Shown here one piece after another: positions 54,500-64,000 of a stretch of DNA of 64,000 bases. Location of the stretch: the sequence record NC_048045.1. One strand, written 5' to 3'. The notes beneath the pieces are model-generated. The model worked only from the letters and a program-made list of their open reading frames with translations. It did no database searches and had not been told where the DNA came from. The translations under genes and the position numbers were made by a program. Numbering within the stretch: position 1 is the first letter of the stretch; every line of letters begins with the position of its first letter.

Positions 54500-54891
54500 T
54501 GGCGCTCGAAGCGTTCATCCAGTCGCAGGTCCTGGTCGCCTTCAACCAGCTTGACGACCTCTGCAAGCGCTGGACCTACGTCCAGCGTTCGGGAGTCGGG
54601 GTGCGCGACATCGAGAGCGGCAAGACGACCTATCCGACCACCGAGATCGACATCCCCAAGGCGGTCCGGGTGCGCTTCAAGAAGGACGAGAAGGACAAGA
54701 CCGGGCAGGTCCTGGTCGGCGAGAAGCTCCTCTTCCCGCGCGTCTATCTGCCCAAGGCCTTCGAAACCAAGACGTCCGACTACCTGATCGACGAAGCCGG
54801 CGTGGTCTGGGAGATCATGAGCGACCTGTCGGACCCGGCCAAGGCCGTGGCGATCCTCCAGGTGCGGTCCTCGCGGATCGTGACGCCGTGA
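54499..54891 (+). CDS. Putative head closure/neck protein
   Basis: Size and position in the neck cluster. Confidence 0.6.
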   Translation: MALEAFIQSQVLVAFNQLDDLCKRWTYVQRSGVGVRDIESGKTTYPTTEIDIPKAVRVRFKKDEKDKTGQVLVGEKLLFPRVYLPKAFETKTSDYLIDEAGVVWEIMSDLSDPAKAVAILQVRSSRIVTP

Positions 54892-55360
54892 AGGTTGGCG
54901 GCGCCAAGCTGAACTTCTACACCGACGGGAACCTGGAGGCGGCCTTCAAGCGCTTCTTCGCCACCGCCGAGAAGCGTTACGACGAGCGCGCCGACCGGCT
55001 GCTGATCCGGCTGAACGAATTGATCCTCTCGCGGACCCCGGTGTGGGAAGGCGATACGATCCACAACTGGCGCTGGTCCACCCGCGCGCCCGACATGCGT
55101 CACGAAGACCCGGTTGGGGCGTTGATCCCGGCCGGACGAGCGAGATGCCCCTGGGCACCGAACCTCGTCGCCATGCCAACGAGACCCGCCCCCGTCAATC
55201 GCTGGCCGGCGCTCTGCGCGCCAAGGAGCCGATCGACATCTACCTGACCAACACCGCCGAGAGCGCCGTTGATCTGGAATATGGCCTGCTGCCGACCAAG
55301 GCCCAGAGCCGTAACAGCATGGGGATGGTTCGAATCTCGGTTAAAGAGGTGTTCGGGTGA
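54888..55360 (+). CDS. Putative tail completion/neck protein (HK97 gp10-like), -1 shift at G4 55116-55119 (probable sequence error)
   Basis: RTPVWEG..NW and IYLTNTA..AVDLEYG motifs lie in different frames. Confidence 0.6.
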
Positions 55361-55431
55361 TCCCCGCGTTCATCATTCTGCCGCGCGTCTATCTCGCGGC
55401 GTGGCTTTCGTTCTGGCTCGGGGAGGACTAG
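55357..55431 (+). CDS. 24-aa hydrophobic peptide
   Basis: GTGA overlap; abuts the next ATG. Confidence 0.35.
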   Translation: MIPAFIILPRVYLAAWLSFWLGED

Positions 55432-55887
55432 ATGCTCGAACATGACATGCTCCGTCAAGTCCTGGAGCAGCAGGCGATCGCCGCCGCTGTCCTGGCCAGC
55501 CTCGACCTGAAGTTCGACAATTCCGAGTTCGTGCAGCCCGCCGACGGCCGCCATTGGGCCGAGTTTTGGCATCGCACCGGCGCGACCAAGGCCTGCGAGG
55601 TCGCCGGACCGAAGGGCTACGAAAAGACCGCCGGGCTGTTGCAGTTCACCCTAAAGGCTCCCGAGGAAGAGGGCAATGGCGCGATCATCCGCGCCGGCGG
55701 CCTCGTCAAGCGGGCACTGAACCGCAAGCAGTTGGTGATTCCGCCCGACGGCTGGGTCACGCTCGATCCGATCTCGGTCGACGCCCACGGCAAGCCGATC
55801 GACGGCTTCTTCAACGTCATCGTCTGGGCGACGTTCGATTTCTACCACCGCGATCCCGACGCGCCCGATCATTGGCTCCGGGGTTGA
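55432..55887 (+). CDS. Putative tail terminator protein
   Basis: GGAGG SD; directly upstream of the tail tube gene. Confidence 0.65.
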   Translation: MLEHDMLRQVLEQQAIAAAVLASLDLKFDNSEFVQPADGRHWAEFWHRTGATKACEVAGPKGYEKTAGLLQFTLKAPEEEGNGAIIRAGGLVKRALNRKQLVIPPDGWVTLDPISVDAHGKPIDGFFNVIVWATFDFYHRDPDAPDHWLRG

Positions 55888-55911
55888 CGGCAGCGCTTCA
55901 CGGCTGCTATA

Positions 55912-56027
55912 GTCGTGAATCTTGACATTCCGCGAAGTCTAGGGTAGGTTCACCACACTTGCGATGCAGGGCCGGGTCGGCGCGCTCGCTACCCTTCCTT
56001 TTGTCACAAAACCCTGGATTGGTGACC
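55912..56027 (+). promoter_or_regulatory. Tail tube promoter with both operator types
   Basis: GTCGTGAATCTTGAC 55912-55926; TGTCACA-AAACCCTGGATT-GGTGAC 56002-56026. Confidence 0.7.
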
Positions 56028-56032
56028 TGCAC

Positions 56033-57865
56033 ATGGCTGCATCGTTCTTCGCCGACTCCAACCGCGCGCGGATGCGCTACATCAAGGAAAACAACGTCAT
56101 CTGGGGTGTCACCCCGGCGACGGGCGTTTCCCGCGAACTGCGGTACACCGGCTCCACCGTCAACGCCCAGAAGGACACGACCCTCTCGGAAGAAATCCGT
56201 GCTGACCGCATGGTGTCCGAGATCGTCGAGGTCGCTGCGCGCACCACTGGCGAAATCAACGTCGAATTCTCGGCTGGCTCGCATGACGACCTGCTCGAAG
56301 CCTTCATGTACGGCGCGTGGACGCGCCCGATGACCTTCGACTCGGTCCAAGGCGTTTCGCTCGAATGGTCCGACACCGACACCCTGTACGTCAAGGGCAA
56401 GGACGTCACCCCCTACTTCTTCGCCGGCCGCCGTGTCCGCACCCAAGGCTTCGTCAACGTCGCCAACAACGGCTACTGGCAGATCGCCTCGATCACGTTC
56501 AATGCCGGCGCCAACCGCACCGAACTGAACATGAGCGCGTCGACGGCCGTCGCCGAGCGCGGCACCGCCTACTCGGCGATGTACGACGCCAACGACGTCA
56601 TCGTCCTGAACAACACCGCCATCCGGGCGGGCACCTCGGGCGAAGCCGCGTTCGACTCCAACGGCACCAACGCCTTCGCCGCCGCGATCGCCGCTGGCCA
56701 ACTGCTGGTCGGCCAGAAGATTTTCGTCGAGGGCCTGGGCTTCGAGACGGGCACCGTCACCCTGGCGGACCTGCCGACGGCCGGCGCGCGCGTCAAGGTC
56801 GCCGACGGCGCCAAGGACGTCACCTTCCAGTTCGGCGGCAGCGCCTCGCAGCCGATCGTCGTCGTGCCCCTGGGCACCGACGAAGTCGACACCGCCCAGA
56901 ACCTCGCTGACGCCATCAACAAGCTGCGCGTCCGCAAGCAGATCGAAGTGGGGGCCTCGGCCGCCGCCGGCGTCGTGACGCTGCGCAACCTGCTGTCGAC
57001 CGGCGGCTCGATCACCGAGGCCGTCAACGACGCCAACGTGACCGTCGCCAACTTCTCGGGCGGCAACGCCACGGTGCGCGGCATCTTCACCATCGAGTCG
57101 CTGACCGATGACAAGATCGGCGTCAACCCGGCTCCGACCACGCTGAACAACACGACGGCCAAGGTCAACATCAAGGCCTCGACGCTCCGCAACCCGTCCG
57201 ACCCGGACGTCATCACGGCGCAGTCGTTCACCTTCGAGACCGGCTTCGAAGACGTCGACCAATACTACCTCGCCGACGGCATGCGGATCGGCACGATCGC
57301 GCTGAACATCGCGGCCAACTCGATCCTGACGGGCTCCTACGGCCTGCAAGGTCGCGCCTCGACCCGCCAGAACGAGTCCAAGCTGGGCGCCTCGCCCTAC
57401 GTTGCGCTCCAGACGACCGCGACCCCGGTGGCCAACGCCACGGTCAACGTCGGCAAGATCGCGATGAACGGCGAAGAACTCTCGACGGCCGTCCAGTCGA
57501 TCGCCATCAACGGCACGAACAACCTGCGCGACCAGATGGCCGTGGGCTACAAGTTCCCCGCCGGCATCGGCGCGGGCCGGATGGAAATCTCGGGCTCGCT
57601 GGTCGCCTACTTCGCCGACGGCAACCTGTGGGACAAGTTCATCAACCACGAGACCGTGTCCGTCAGCTTCCCGCTGACCGACGTGCTGGGCAACCACTAC
57701 GAGTTCACGATCCCGGCGGCGAACTTCTCCACCGATACCGTGAACCCGGCCGGCGGCAACCAGGACATCATGGAGAACCTGGAATACACCGCCAAGCGCG
57801 ACCCGGTCACCGACTGCCAGTTCCAGATCGACCGCTACTCCTCGATCTTCGCGAACACGAACTAA
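56033..57865 (+). CDS. Major tail tube protein (610 aa, inserted central domains)
   Basis: SEEIRADRMV..GEINVEFS N-terminus; ISGSLVAYFAD C-terminus. Confidence 0.85.
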   Translation: MAASFFADSNRARMRYIKENNVIWGVTPATGVSRELRYTGSTVNAQKDTTLSEEIRADRMVSEIVEVAARTTGEINVEFSAGSHDDLLEAFMYGAWTRPMTFDSVQGVSLEWSDTDTLYVKGKDVTPYFFAGRRVRTQGFVNVANNGYWQIASITFNAGANRTELNMSASTAVAERGTAYSAMYDANDVIVLNNTAIRAGTSGEAAFDSNGTNAFAAAIAAGQLLVGQKIFVEGLGFETGTVTLADLPTAGARVKVADGAKDVTFQFGGSASQPIVVVPLGTDEVDTAQNLADAINKLRVRKQIEVGASAAAGVVTLRNLLSTGGSITEAVNDANVTVANFSGGNATVRGIFTIESLTDDKIGVNPAPTTLNNTTAKVNIKASTLRNPSDPDVITAQSFTFETGFEDVDQYYLADGMRIGTIALNIAANSILTGSYGLQGRASTRQNESKLGASPYVALQTTATPVANATVNVGKIAMNGEELSTAVQSIAINGTNNLRDQMAVGYKFPAGIGAGRMEISGSLVAYFADGNLWDKFINHETVSVSFPLTDVLGNHYEFTIPAANFSTDTVNPAGGNQDIMENLEYTAKRDPVTDCQFQIDRYSSIFANTN

Positions 57866-57871
57866 GGGCTA

Positions 57872-57897
57872 TGTCACGATTCCCCCGAATCGTGACA
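57872..57897. promoter_or_regulatory. Perfect 11-bp inverted repeat with two GANTC sites
   Basis: TGTCACGATTC-CCCC-GAATCGTGACA. Confidence 0.8.
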
Positions 57898-58018
57898 GCC
57901 CCACCCAGCTTCCCCCGATAGACGAAGGTCCCCAGGACAGTTGTCTCAGCGCTGAGCACGGGCCGCCCGGAAATCGGGGCCGGGCGGCCCACCCTCCCCG
58001 ATACATGGACTCCCCGAA

Positions 58019-58447
58019 ATGACCGACAAGATCAAGATCGACATGCTGGACCTCTTCTCGACCGACCGCGAGTCGGAAGAAGCCGGCACCTGGATTTTCC
58101 TGGACGAGGCCGAGGAAGTCGGCTTCAAGATTCGCGCTCTGGGCGCCAAGGCCGTCCTGGACCTGCGCGACGACCTCACCAAGAAGTACCAGTCCCTGCT
58201 CCGGGCCGGCGGCAAGCTGCCCGACGAGAAGGTCGAGGAAATCAACCTGAAGGTCATCGCCGGCGGCGTGCTGGCGGACTGGAAGGGCATCGTGGTCGGT
58301 GGGGAGGAAATCCCCTACAGCGCCGACAACGCCTACGCGGTCCTGAGCAACCCGAAGCTGGGCAAGATGGCCGGCTTCATCGCCCAGCACTCGACGGACG
58401 CCCAGAACTATCGTGACGGCACCCGCGAGGACGCCGCAAAAAACTAA
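58019..58447 (+). CDS. Tail assembly chaperone (gpG-like)
   Basis: Between tube and TMP; ends in A-AAA-AAC-TAA. Confidence 0.85.
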   Translation: MTDKIKIDMLDLFSTDRESEEAGTWIFLDEAEEVGFKIRALGAKAVLDLRDDLTKKYQSLLRAGGKLPDEKVEEINLKVIAGGVLADWKGIVVGGEEIPYSADNAYAVLSNPKLGKMAGFIAQHSTDAQNYRDGTREDAAKN

Positions 58448-58899
58448 CGGCGGCTCTTGAGTTCGCGCTGAACCAGAAGCAGGGCGGCGGCGGCCGGGTC
58501 AAATCGGCCGCCAAGTCCAACGAGTCCACCGACGAATGGCTCGCCCGCATCAAGCAGCAGAAGGCCTCGGGACCTAACCCCGAAGAGGAGGCCGAGAACG
58601 TCGAGCCGCAGGGGGTTCAGCCCTATCCCGACCTCATGTGGGTCTGGGATGGCTTCTGGCGCCTCTCCAACAAACGCCCCCAGGGCATGGGTGGCCCGGC
58701 GCGGGTTCCGACCTCGGAGATCGAGGCCTTCACGAGAATCCGCCGCTGGGGCTACGCCAAGAGCAACGAGTTCCTCTACTTCGTTGACCTGATGGATGAG
58801 GTCTACATGGCCTACGTCGCCAAGGTCCTCGAAGAGCAGGAGCGGCAAAGAGAAACCGCCAACCAGAAGCCCCAGACCCATAGACGGGGCCGCCGATAG
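58438..58899 (+). CDS. -1 frameshift extension of the chaperone (gpGT-like)
   Basis: Slippery heptamer 58438-58444; -1 frame open to 58899 (..LMWVWDGFWRLS..). Confidence 0.8.
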   Translation, partial: KKLTAALEFALNQKQGGGGRVKSAAKSNESTDEWLARIKQQKASGPNPEEEAENVEPQGVQPYPDLMWVWDGFWRLSNKRPQGMGGPARVPTSEIEAFTRIRRWGYAKSNEFLYFVDLMDEVYMAYVAKVLEEQERQRETANQKPQTHRRGRR

Positions 58900-58904
58900 G
58901 ACCA

Positions 58905-61900
58905 ATGGACAGCGAAGCCCTCAAGCTTAAGATCGACTCTTCGCAGGCGCGCCAGGACCTGGACGCGCTTGCGAAGAGCCTCGACCGTGCTTCCAAGGCC
59001 GCCGGCTCCATGCAGTCGAACCTCGCCAAGGGGGTCGACAAATCCAACGACGCGCTGGTGCGCGGCGCTAAGAACATCGAGAAGTTCGCTCGCGTCACCG
59101 CCGAACTCTCGAAGGTCAAGCTGTCGGGCGATCCCGCCAAGCAGTTGACCGAATTCGCCAACGCCGTCTCGGCCGTGGCGCGCGCGCGGGAAATCTCCGC
59201 CGCCAAGCTGACCGGCCTGTCGAAGTTTGTCCAGGTCGGCGCCCAAATCTCCAAGCTCAAGTTCAGCGCCGAGTCGTTCTCTGGGCTGCGCGCCTTCACC
59301 CAGGCGATGGATGAGGCTGGCCGCGCGCGCGCCGTCTCGGGCGCCAAGCTGAAGGCCTGGGTCGACTTCATCGACGTGTCGGCGCGCGCCTCGCGCCTGC
59401 GCTTCCCCTCGCAGACCACCGCATCGATCAAGGCCCTGGCCGAAGCCATGGACGCCGTCGCCAAGGTGCGCACGCTCAGCCCCGCGCGGCTGGCCTCGAT
59501 CAAGGACATGTTCACCGTCCTGGCCTCGGCCAAGGGTATCAACGGCGCCAACGGCATCGCCCGTGATCTCGACGCCATCGCCGGCGCGGCGACGCGCGCG
59601 GCCAAGGCGATGAACGAACTGAAGGGCGCGCGCTCGGGCATGGGCTCCTCGCGCGGCTCGGGCGGTGGCGGCGGGATCAGCGCCGGCTCGGCCGCCACGG
59701 TCAAGCGCTTCAACGAGGAGGTCGCCAAGACCTCCCAGCACACCGACACCGCCAAGAAGGGCATCGCGGGCCTGGGCGAGGGCCTCAAGGGGCTGTCTGG
59801 CCGCTTCAACCTCGCCTATCAGGCCGGGACGCTGTTCAGCGCCATCTTCTCCTCGTTCACCTTCGGCGGCCTGATCAAGGGCATTTACGACACCTCGGTC
59901 TCGTTCCAGAAGCTGAACAAGGCCATGCTGTTCGTCACCGGCACCTATGATGGGGCCAAGAAGGCGTCTCAGGACTTCATCGACATCTCGGTGCAACTGG
60001 GCGCGTCCGTCGAGGACAACGCCGACGCCTACTCGCGCTTCGCCATCTCGTCGGCCGCCGCCGGCCTGAAGCTGAACGACGTCAACAAAATCTACAAGTC
60101 GACCCAACTCGCCCTGACCGCCGTCGGCGCCAACAGCGAGCAGGTCGGCTATGCCTTCTACGGCCTGTCGCAAGCCATGGCCAAGGGCAAGATTTCTTCC
60201 GAAGAATTCAACCGCCAGATCGGCGAGCAAATCCCCGGCAACGCCCAGGCGGGGGCGCGCGCCCTGTCGAAGCTGACGGGCCAGCAGAAGTCGGTCGCCG
60301 ACCTGTTCGACGAGATGCGCAAGGGCACGCTCCAGTCCGCGCCGTTCCTCAAAGCCTGGGCCGACGAAGTCAGCCGCATGTTCGCGCCGCTGCTGCCCGA
60401 AGCCGAGAAGCGTCCCGACTTCCAACTGAACAAGGTCAAGACCGCCTTCTCCCTGTGGAAGAAGGAAGTGGGCCAGTCGCAGTTCATCGGCGCCCTGACC
60501 TCGCAGTTCAAGCACCTGTCGGACATGCTGATCGTCGTCAAGGACGATCACTACGTCCTGACCGAGCGCGGCAAGAAGCTGGCGGACTCGTTCGGCAAGG
60601 GTCTGGCCCAGGCCGTCAACGTCCTGGGTAACGCCCTGGCGTGGCTGGCGGACAACCTGGACAAGGTCGTCTCGGTGATCAAGATCATCGGCGCCCTGGC
60701 GATCGGCAACGAGTTCGCCAAGTGGGGCCGGCAGGTCGCCGCGTTCGCCGACAACATGCTGGGCGTCAAGAAGGCGATCGAGGAAGTCTCGGCCGCCGAG
60801 ACCACCGCCCAGGGCAAGCGTGCGATCACCGGCAAGGCGGGAGCCGTCAACGCCGTCTCCTCGCTGGCGACCGACCGCATGGCCATGGCGACCAATCGTA
60901 GCCGCGACGCGGTCATGGGCGGCACCTTCGTGGGCTCGGCAACCGCGCCGGCCGTCCGGCAAGCCCCCGCCTTCTCGCAACTGTCCTACCTGACCGGCGC
61001 CCCGACCGAGTCCGTGCGCGGGCGCGCGACGTTTGGCCAGCGCCAGCCCTACACCGGCAATTCGACCTTCGACGCGCGCCCCGCCGCACGCGGCAACCTG
61101 CTGGGCGGCCTGATGGGCGCGGCCGGCGCGGGCGCTGCCTCGGCGGCGACCACCGCGTTCGGCGGCCTGCGTAAGGCCATCAACATCCTGCCGGGTGTGG
61201 CGCTGGGCGCTGCCGTCGCCCTGGCGATCTTCGGCAACAGCATCACCAAGCTGAACGACAAGGCCGTCTCCTACAACAACATCGCCGCCGGCGCCCTGGG
61301 CACGGCGGGCGACTCGATCGGCAGCGGCCTTACCGGTCTCTTCAACGGCATCCGTGGGCTTCTGGGGGCCGAGCAGAAGGCCTCCGGCACCGGCGACTGG
61401 TTGGTCGACCTCTCGGCTTCGATCATCGTCTTCGGCAAGGCGGTCTTCACGCTGGCCTCGACGGTGGGCAAGGTGCTGGGCACCCTGGTCGCCAACACCA
61501 TCATTCCCTGGATCGAACTGGGCCAGAAGGTCGCCTCGGGCGACCTCAAGGGCGCCGCTGGCAAGGCTGGCGAAGTCCTGATGGGTCAAATCGGCAAGGG
61601 CAACCGCGATCGCTGGGCCGAACTGGGCAAGACGCTGAACCAGGACTGGGGCAAGGCCCTGGACTATGCCGGCACGCGCCAGTCGATCGTCAACGGCGCT
61701 CTGAAGTCGGCGGCGGGCGACACGGCCGCCACGCAAGGCGCCAACGCCGCCCAGAAGCTGACCGAAGCCGCCCTCGCCCAGATGAAGGCCGCCGATGATC
61801 AGGCCCTGGCCGCCGCCGATCTGAAGGACGCCACGGCGAACTTCAAGAAGGACCTCGCGCCGCTCAACTTCAACGACCTCTTCAAGCGCGCCCAGGCCCT

Positions 61901-64000
61901 GGCCGATGGCACCTTCCAGCGCACGGCCGCCGCCTCCAAGCCCGGCAGCGCGCTGATGGCTCCGTCGCCGGCGCAGACCCAGGCCAATGCCGCCGCCGTC
62001 AAGGCGACCATCGCCTCCATGGGCGATCGCGTGTACGCGACGGCGGGTCAGCACCTGGGCCAGACCGAGAGCAAGGACGCCGCGTCGCTGCAAGCCTACT
62101 TCAAGGCCAACGGCGTCACCATCGACCCCAAGAAGCTGTCCTGGTGCGCGGCCTTCGTCAACGCCGTTCTGAACCAGAACGGTTTGGCGGGCACGGGCGA
62201 CCTGCGCGCCTCCTCGTTCAAGGATTACGGCTCGGAAGTTTCGCGCCAGGACGCCCGCAAGGGCGACATCGTCGTGCTCAAGCCCCAGGCTCCGGGCGCG
62301 ACCGGTCATGTGGGCTTCCTCGACAGCTTCGACAAGAACGGTCGCGTCAACATCCTGGGCGGCAACCAAAGCGATTCGGTCAAGGTCTCGTCGTTTGCCG
62401 CCGATCAGGTCGTGTCGTTCCGTCGCACGGGCTCGGGCGGCGCAGCCGGCGGCATGGACCCCAACTTCCTGGGCGGCGCGATCAAGGACGGCCAGGGCGA
62501 AGAGGGCGGCTCGCGCTACGAGCGCCGCATGAACGCCTTCAAGTCGCTCGGCACCATCACCGGGCAGGCCTCCCCGGCGGCCGATGCCCTGGCCGACTAC
62601 CAGAGCAACCTCGAAAAGCTGCGCGACATCATCGTCTCGGAAGAGAAGCTGATGAAGGACGTCGGCGGCGACGGGGAGTCGTTCTTCAACAAGACCAACC
62701 TGGAGGCGCTGGCCGCCGCCCAGAAGAAGTGGAACCGGTCGATCACCGAGGCGCTGAACCCGATCGCCAAGGAAGCCCGCACCCTGGCGGAAGGCAATGA
62801 CGTCCTGGAACTGCGCGCCAAGGGCCTGTCGCAGGAAGCCGACTGGCAAGAGCGCCTGACGGAACTGCGCAACTCCGGCCTGAACGTCGACCTCATGCAG
62901 GACGAGGCCAAGTGGACCCAGTACCTGAACGAGTTGAAGAAGCAGGGCCTGGAGATCGACGTCAAGGCCCTGCAACTGAAGCCGGACGAACTGCGCTACC
63001 AGCAGGGCCGCCAGGACGCGCTCCAGGCTGAACTCGACCTGACCAAGGCGCTGAACGACGCCAAGCAGGCTCAGGTCGCGCGCACCGGCTCCAGCTACGA
63101 TCGGACCCTGTCGGGCCTGATCGGCGGCAAGAGCAAGGACGGCGAAAGCCTGATGCAAACCCAACAGCGTCTGGCCGGCTCCGTCGGTTCGGACGGCCGT
63201 AACGCCCTGGAGGCTCTGCAAGAGACCGCCGGCGTGATGGAAAGCTCGCGCTTGGCCGACGCCAAGGCCAGCATGCAGTCGCAGCTTCAGATCATGCGCG
63301 AAAGCGCGCGCCTGAACAACAGCCAGCGCGGCGTCTACGAGGACTATCGCAACATCCTGGGCGAACTGCTCAACAAGCAGGGCGCCTCGCTGAAGGAACT
63401 GCTCGACTCCGCCGACGAGCAGACCAAGCAGCTTGCCCAATCGTTCGTCAAGGCCAAGCAGGAGTTCGAGAACCCGCCGGGCTTCCAGAAGTGGGCGGAC
63501 GCCCTGGAGCCGCTCGACAAGCGCCTCCAGGACATCAAGTCGCAGTTCATGGACGATCTGGGCGGCGGCATCACCGACGCGCTGCTCGGCGAGAAGGTTG
63601 ATTGGCGCGGCATGCTCCACGAGACCTTCAAGAAGCAGCTTCGCGCTCAGGTCGACGAAGGCTTGAAGAACGTCACCTACCTGCTGACCGGCCAGGACCC
63701 CAACGCGGCTGCGGCCAAGACGCCGGAAGCCCAGGCCCTGGTCTCGGCGGCCGACGTCCAGAAGCAGGCTGGTGACACGCTTCAGCAGGCCGCCAATAGC
63801 CTGCTCCAGGTCGCTCAGGGCGGAACGCCCGGCGCGCCGGGCATGATGCCGGGCGCCACGGGTCCCATGGGGGCGATGACCTCGGCGATCCAGCCGGGCA
63901 TGACCCCGATGCAGGGCCTCGCCGCGCAAGGCATCAACAGCGCGGTCCAGGGCGTGGGCTCGCTGATCGGCGGCGACCCGACCCAGCACACCGGCGCGCG
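58905..64000 (+). CDS. Tape measure protein (3' truncated by window edge)
   Basis: AGGA SD; tape-measure motif GLSQAMAKGKISSEEFNRQIGEQIPG; internal WCAAFV..GHVGF..GGNQ domain. Confidence 0.9.
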   Translation, partial: MDSEALKLKIDSSQARQDLDALAKSLDRASKAAGSMQSNLAKGVDKSNDALVRGAKNIEKFARVTAELSKVKLSGDPAKQLTEFANAVSAVARAREISAAKLTGLSKFVQVGAQISKLKFSAESFSGLRAFTQAMDEAGRARAVSGAKLKAWVDFIDVSARASRLRFPSQTTASIKALAEAMDAVAKVRTLSPARLASIKDMFTVLASAKGINGANGIARDLDAIAGAATRAAKAMNELKGARSGMGSSRGSGGGGGISAGSAATVKRFNEEVAKTSQHTDTAKKGIAGLGEGLKGLSGRFNLAYQAGTLFSAIFSSFTFGGLIKGIYDTSVSFQKLNKAMLFVTGTYDGAKKASQDFIDISVQLGASVEDNADAYSRFAISSAAAGLKLNDVNKIYKSTQLALTAVGANSEQVGYAFYGLSQAMAKGKISSEEFNRQIGEQIPGNAQAGARALSKLTGQQKSVADLFDEMRKGTLQSAPFLKAWADEVSRMFAPLLPEAEKRPDFQLNKVKTAFSLWKKEVGQSQFIGALTSQFKHLSDMLIVVKDDHYVLTERGKKLADSFGKGLAQAVNVLGNALAWLADNLDKVVSVIKIIGALAIGNEFAKWGRQVAAFADNMLGVKKAIEEVSAAETTAQGKRAITGKAGAVNAVSSLATDRMAMATNRSRDAVMGGTFVGSATAPAVRQAPAFSQLSYLTGAPTESVRGRATFGQRQPYTGNSTFDARPAARGNLLGGLMGAAGAGAASAATTAFGGLRKAINILPGVALGAAVALAIFGNSITKLNDKAVSYNNIAAGALGTAGDSIGSGLTGLFNGIRGLLGAEQKASGTGDWLVDLSASIIVFGKAVFTLASTVGKVLGTLVANTIIPWIELGQKVASGDLKGAAGKAGEVLMGQIGKGNRDRWAELGKTLNQDWGKALDYAGTRQSIVNGALKSAAGDTAATQGANAAQKLTEAALAQMKAADDQALAAADLKDATANFKKDLAPLNFNDLFKRAQALADGTFQRTAAASKPGSALMAPSPAQTQANAAAVKATIASMGDRVYATAGQHLGQTESKDAASLQAYFKANGVTIDPKKLSWCAAFVNAVLNQNGLAGTGDLRASSFKDYGSEVSRQDARKGDIVVLKPQAPGATGHVGFLDSFDKNGRVNILGGNQSDSVKVSSFAADQVVSFRRTGSGGAAGGMDPNFLGGAIKDGQGEEGGSRYERRMNAFKSLGTITGQASPAADALADYQSNLEKLRDIIVSEEKLMKDVGGDGESFFNKTNLEALAAAQKKWNRSITEALNPIAKEARTLAEGNDVLELRAKGLSQEADWQERLTELRNSGLNVDLMQDEAKWTQYLNELKKQGLEIDVKALQLKPDELRYQQGRQDALQAELDLTKALNDAKQAQVARTGSSYDRTLSGLIGGKSKDGESLMQTQQRLAGSVGSDGRNALEALQETAGVMESSRLADAKASMQSQLQIMRESARLNNSQRGVYEDYRNILGELLNKQGASLKELLDSADEQTKQLAQSFVKAKQEFENPPGFQKWADALEPLDKRLQDIKSQFMDDLGGGITDALLGEKVDWRGMLHETFKKQLRAQVDEGLKNVTYLLTGQDPNAAAAKTPEAQALVSAADVQKQAGDTLQQAANSLLQVAQGGTPGAPGMMPGATGPMGAMTSAIQPGMTPMQGLAAQGINSAVQGVGSLIGGDPTQHTGA

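Overview
GC-rich segment of a phiCbK-like Caulobacter jumbo siphophage. In order, the window holds: the 3' end of the large terminase; repeat-rich DNA and an early region of small genes with CtrA-box promoters (about 0.8-9.9 kb, probably the long terminal repeat); about 45 small accessory genes around the portal; scaffold, major and minor capsid genes; a block of glycine-rich/LamG fibre genes (head-filament candidate); an array of 31 tRNA or tRNA-like genes (47.3-51.8 kb); PhoH; and neck, tail tube, frameshifted tail chaperone and tape-measure genes (the last runs off the window). Main discovery candidate: the tRNA array is split into promoter-leader-terminator units whose short leader peptides are built from the codons read by the tRNAs directly downstream. 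Leader 50501-50596 has 14 consecutive Y/R/Q/F/V/I/N codons ahead of Tyr/Phe/Val/Ile/Gln/Asn/Arg tRNAs. Leader 48599-48736 has 42 of 45 residues S/L/A/T/K/P/H ahead of Pro/Thr/Lys/Leu/His/Ala/Ser tRNAs. Both have competing antiterminator/terminator helices, which points to ribosome-mediated attenuation switching on phage tRNAs when matching tRNAs run short. Also seen: a GANTC-centred 15-bp palindromic operator overlapping late -35 boxes, a GTCACG-N12-CGTGAC site family, non-canonical tRNA folds and four candidate ncRNAs. Three single-G frameshifts look like sequencing errors. All homology calls are by motif recognition; no searches were run.
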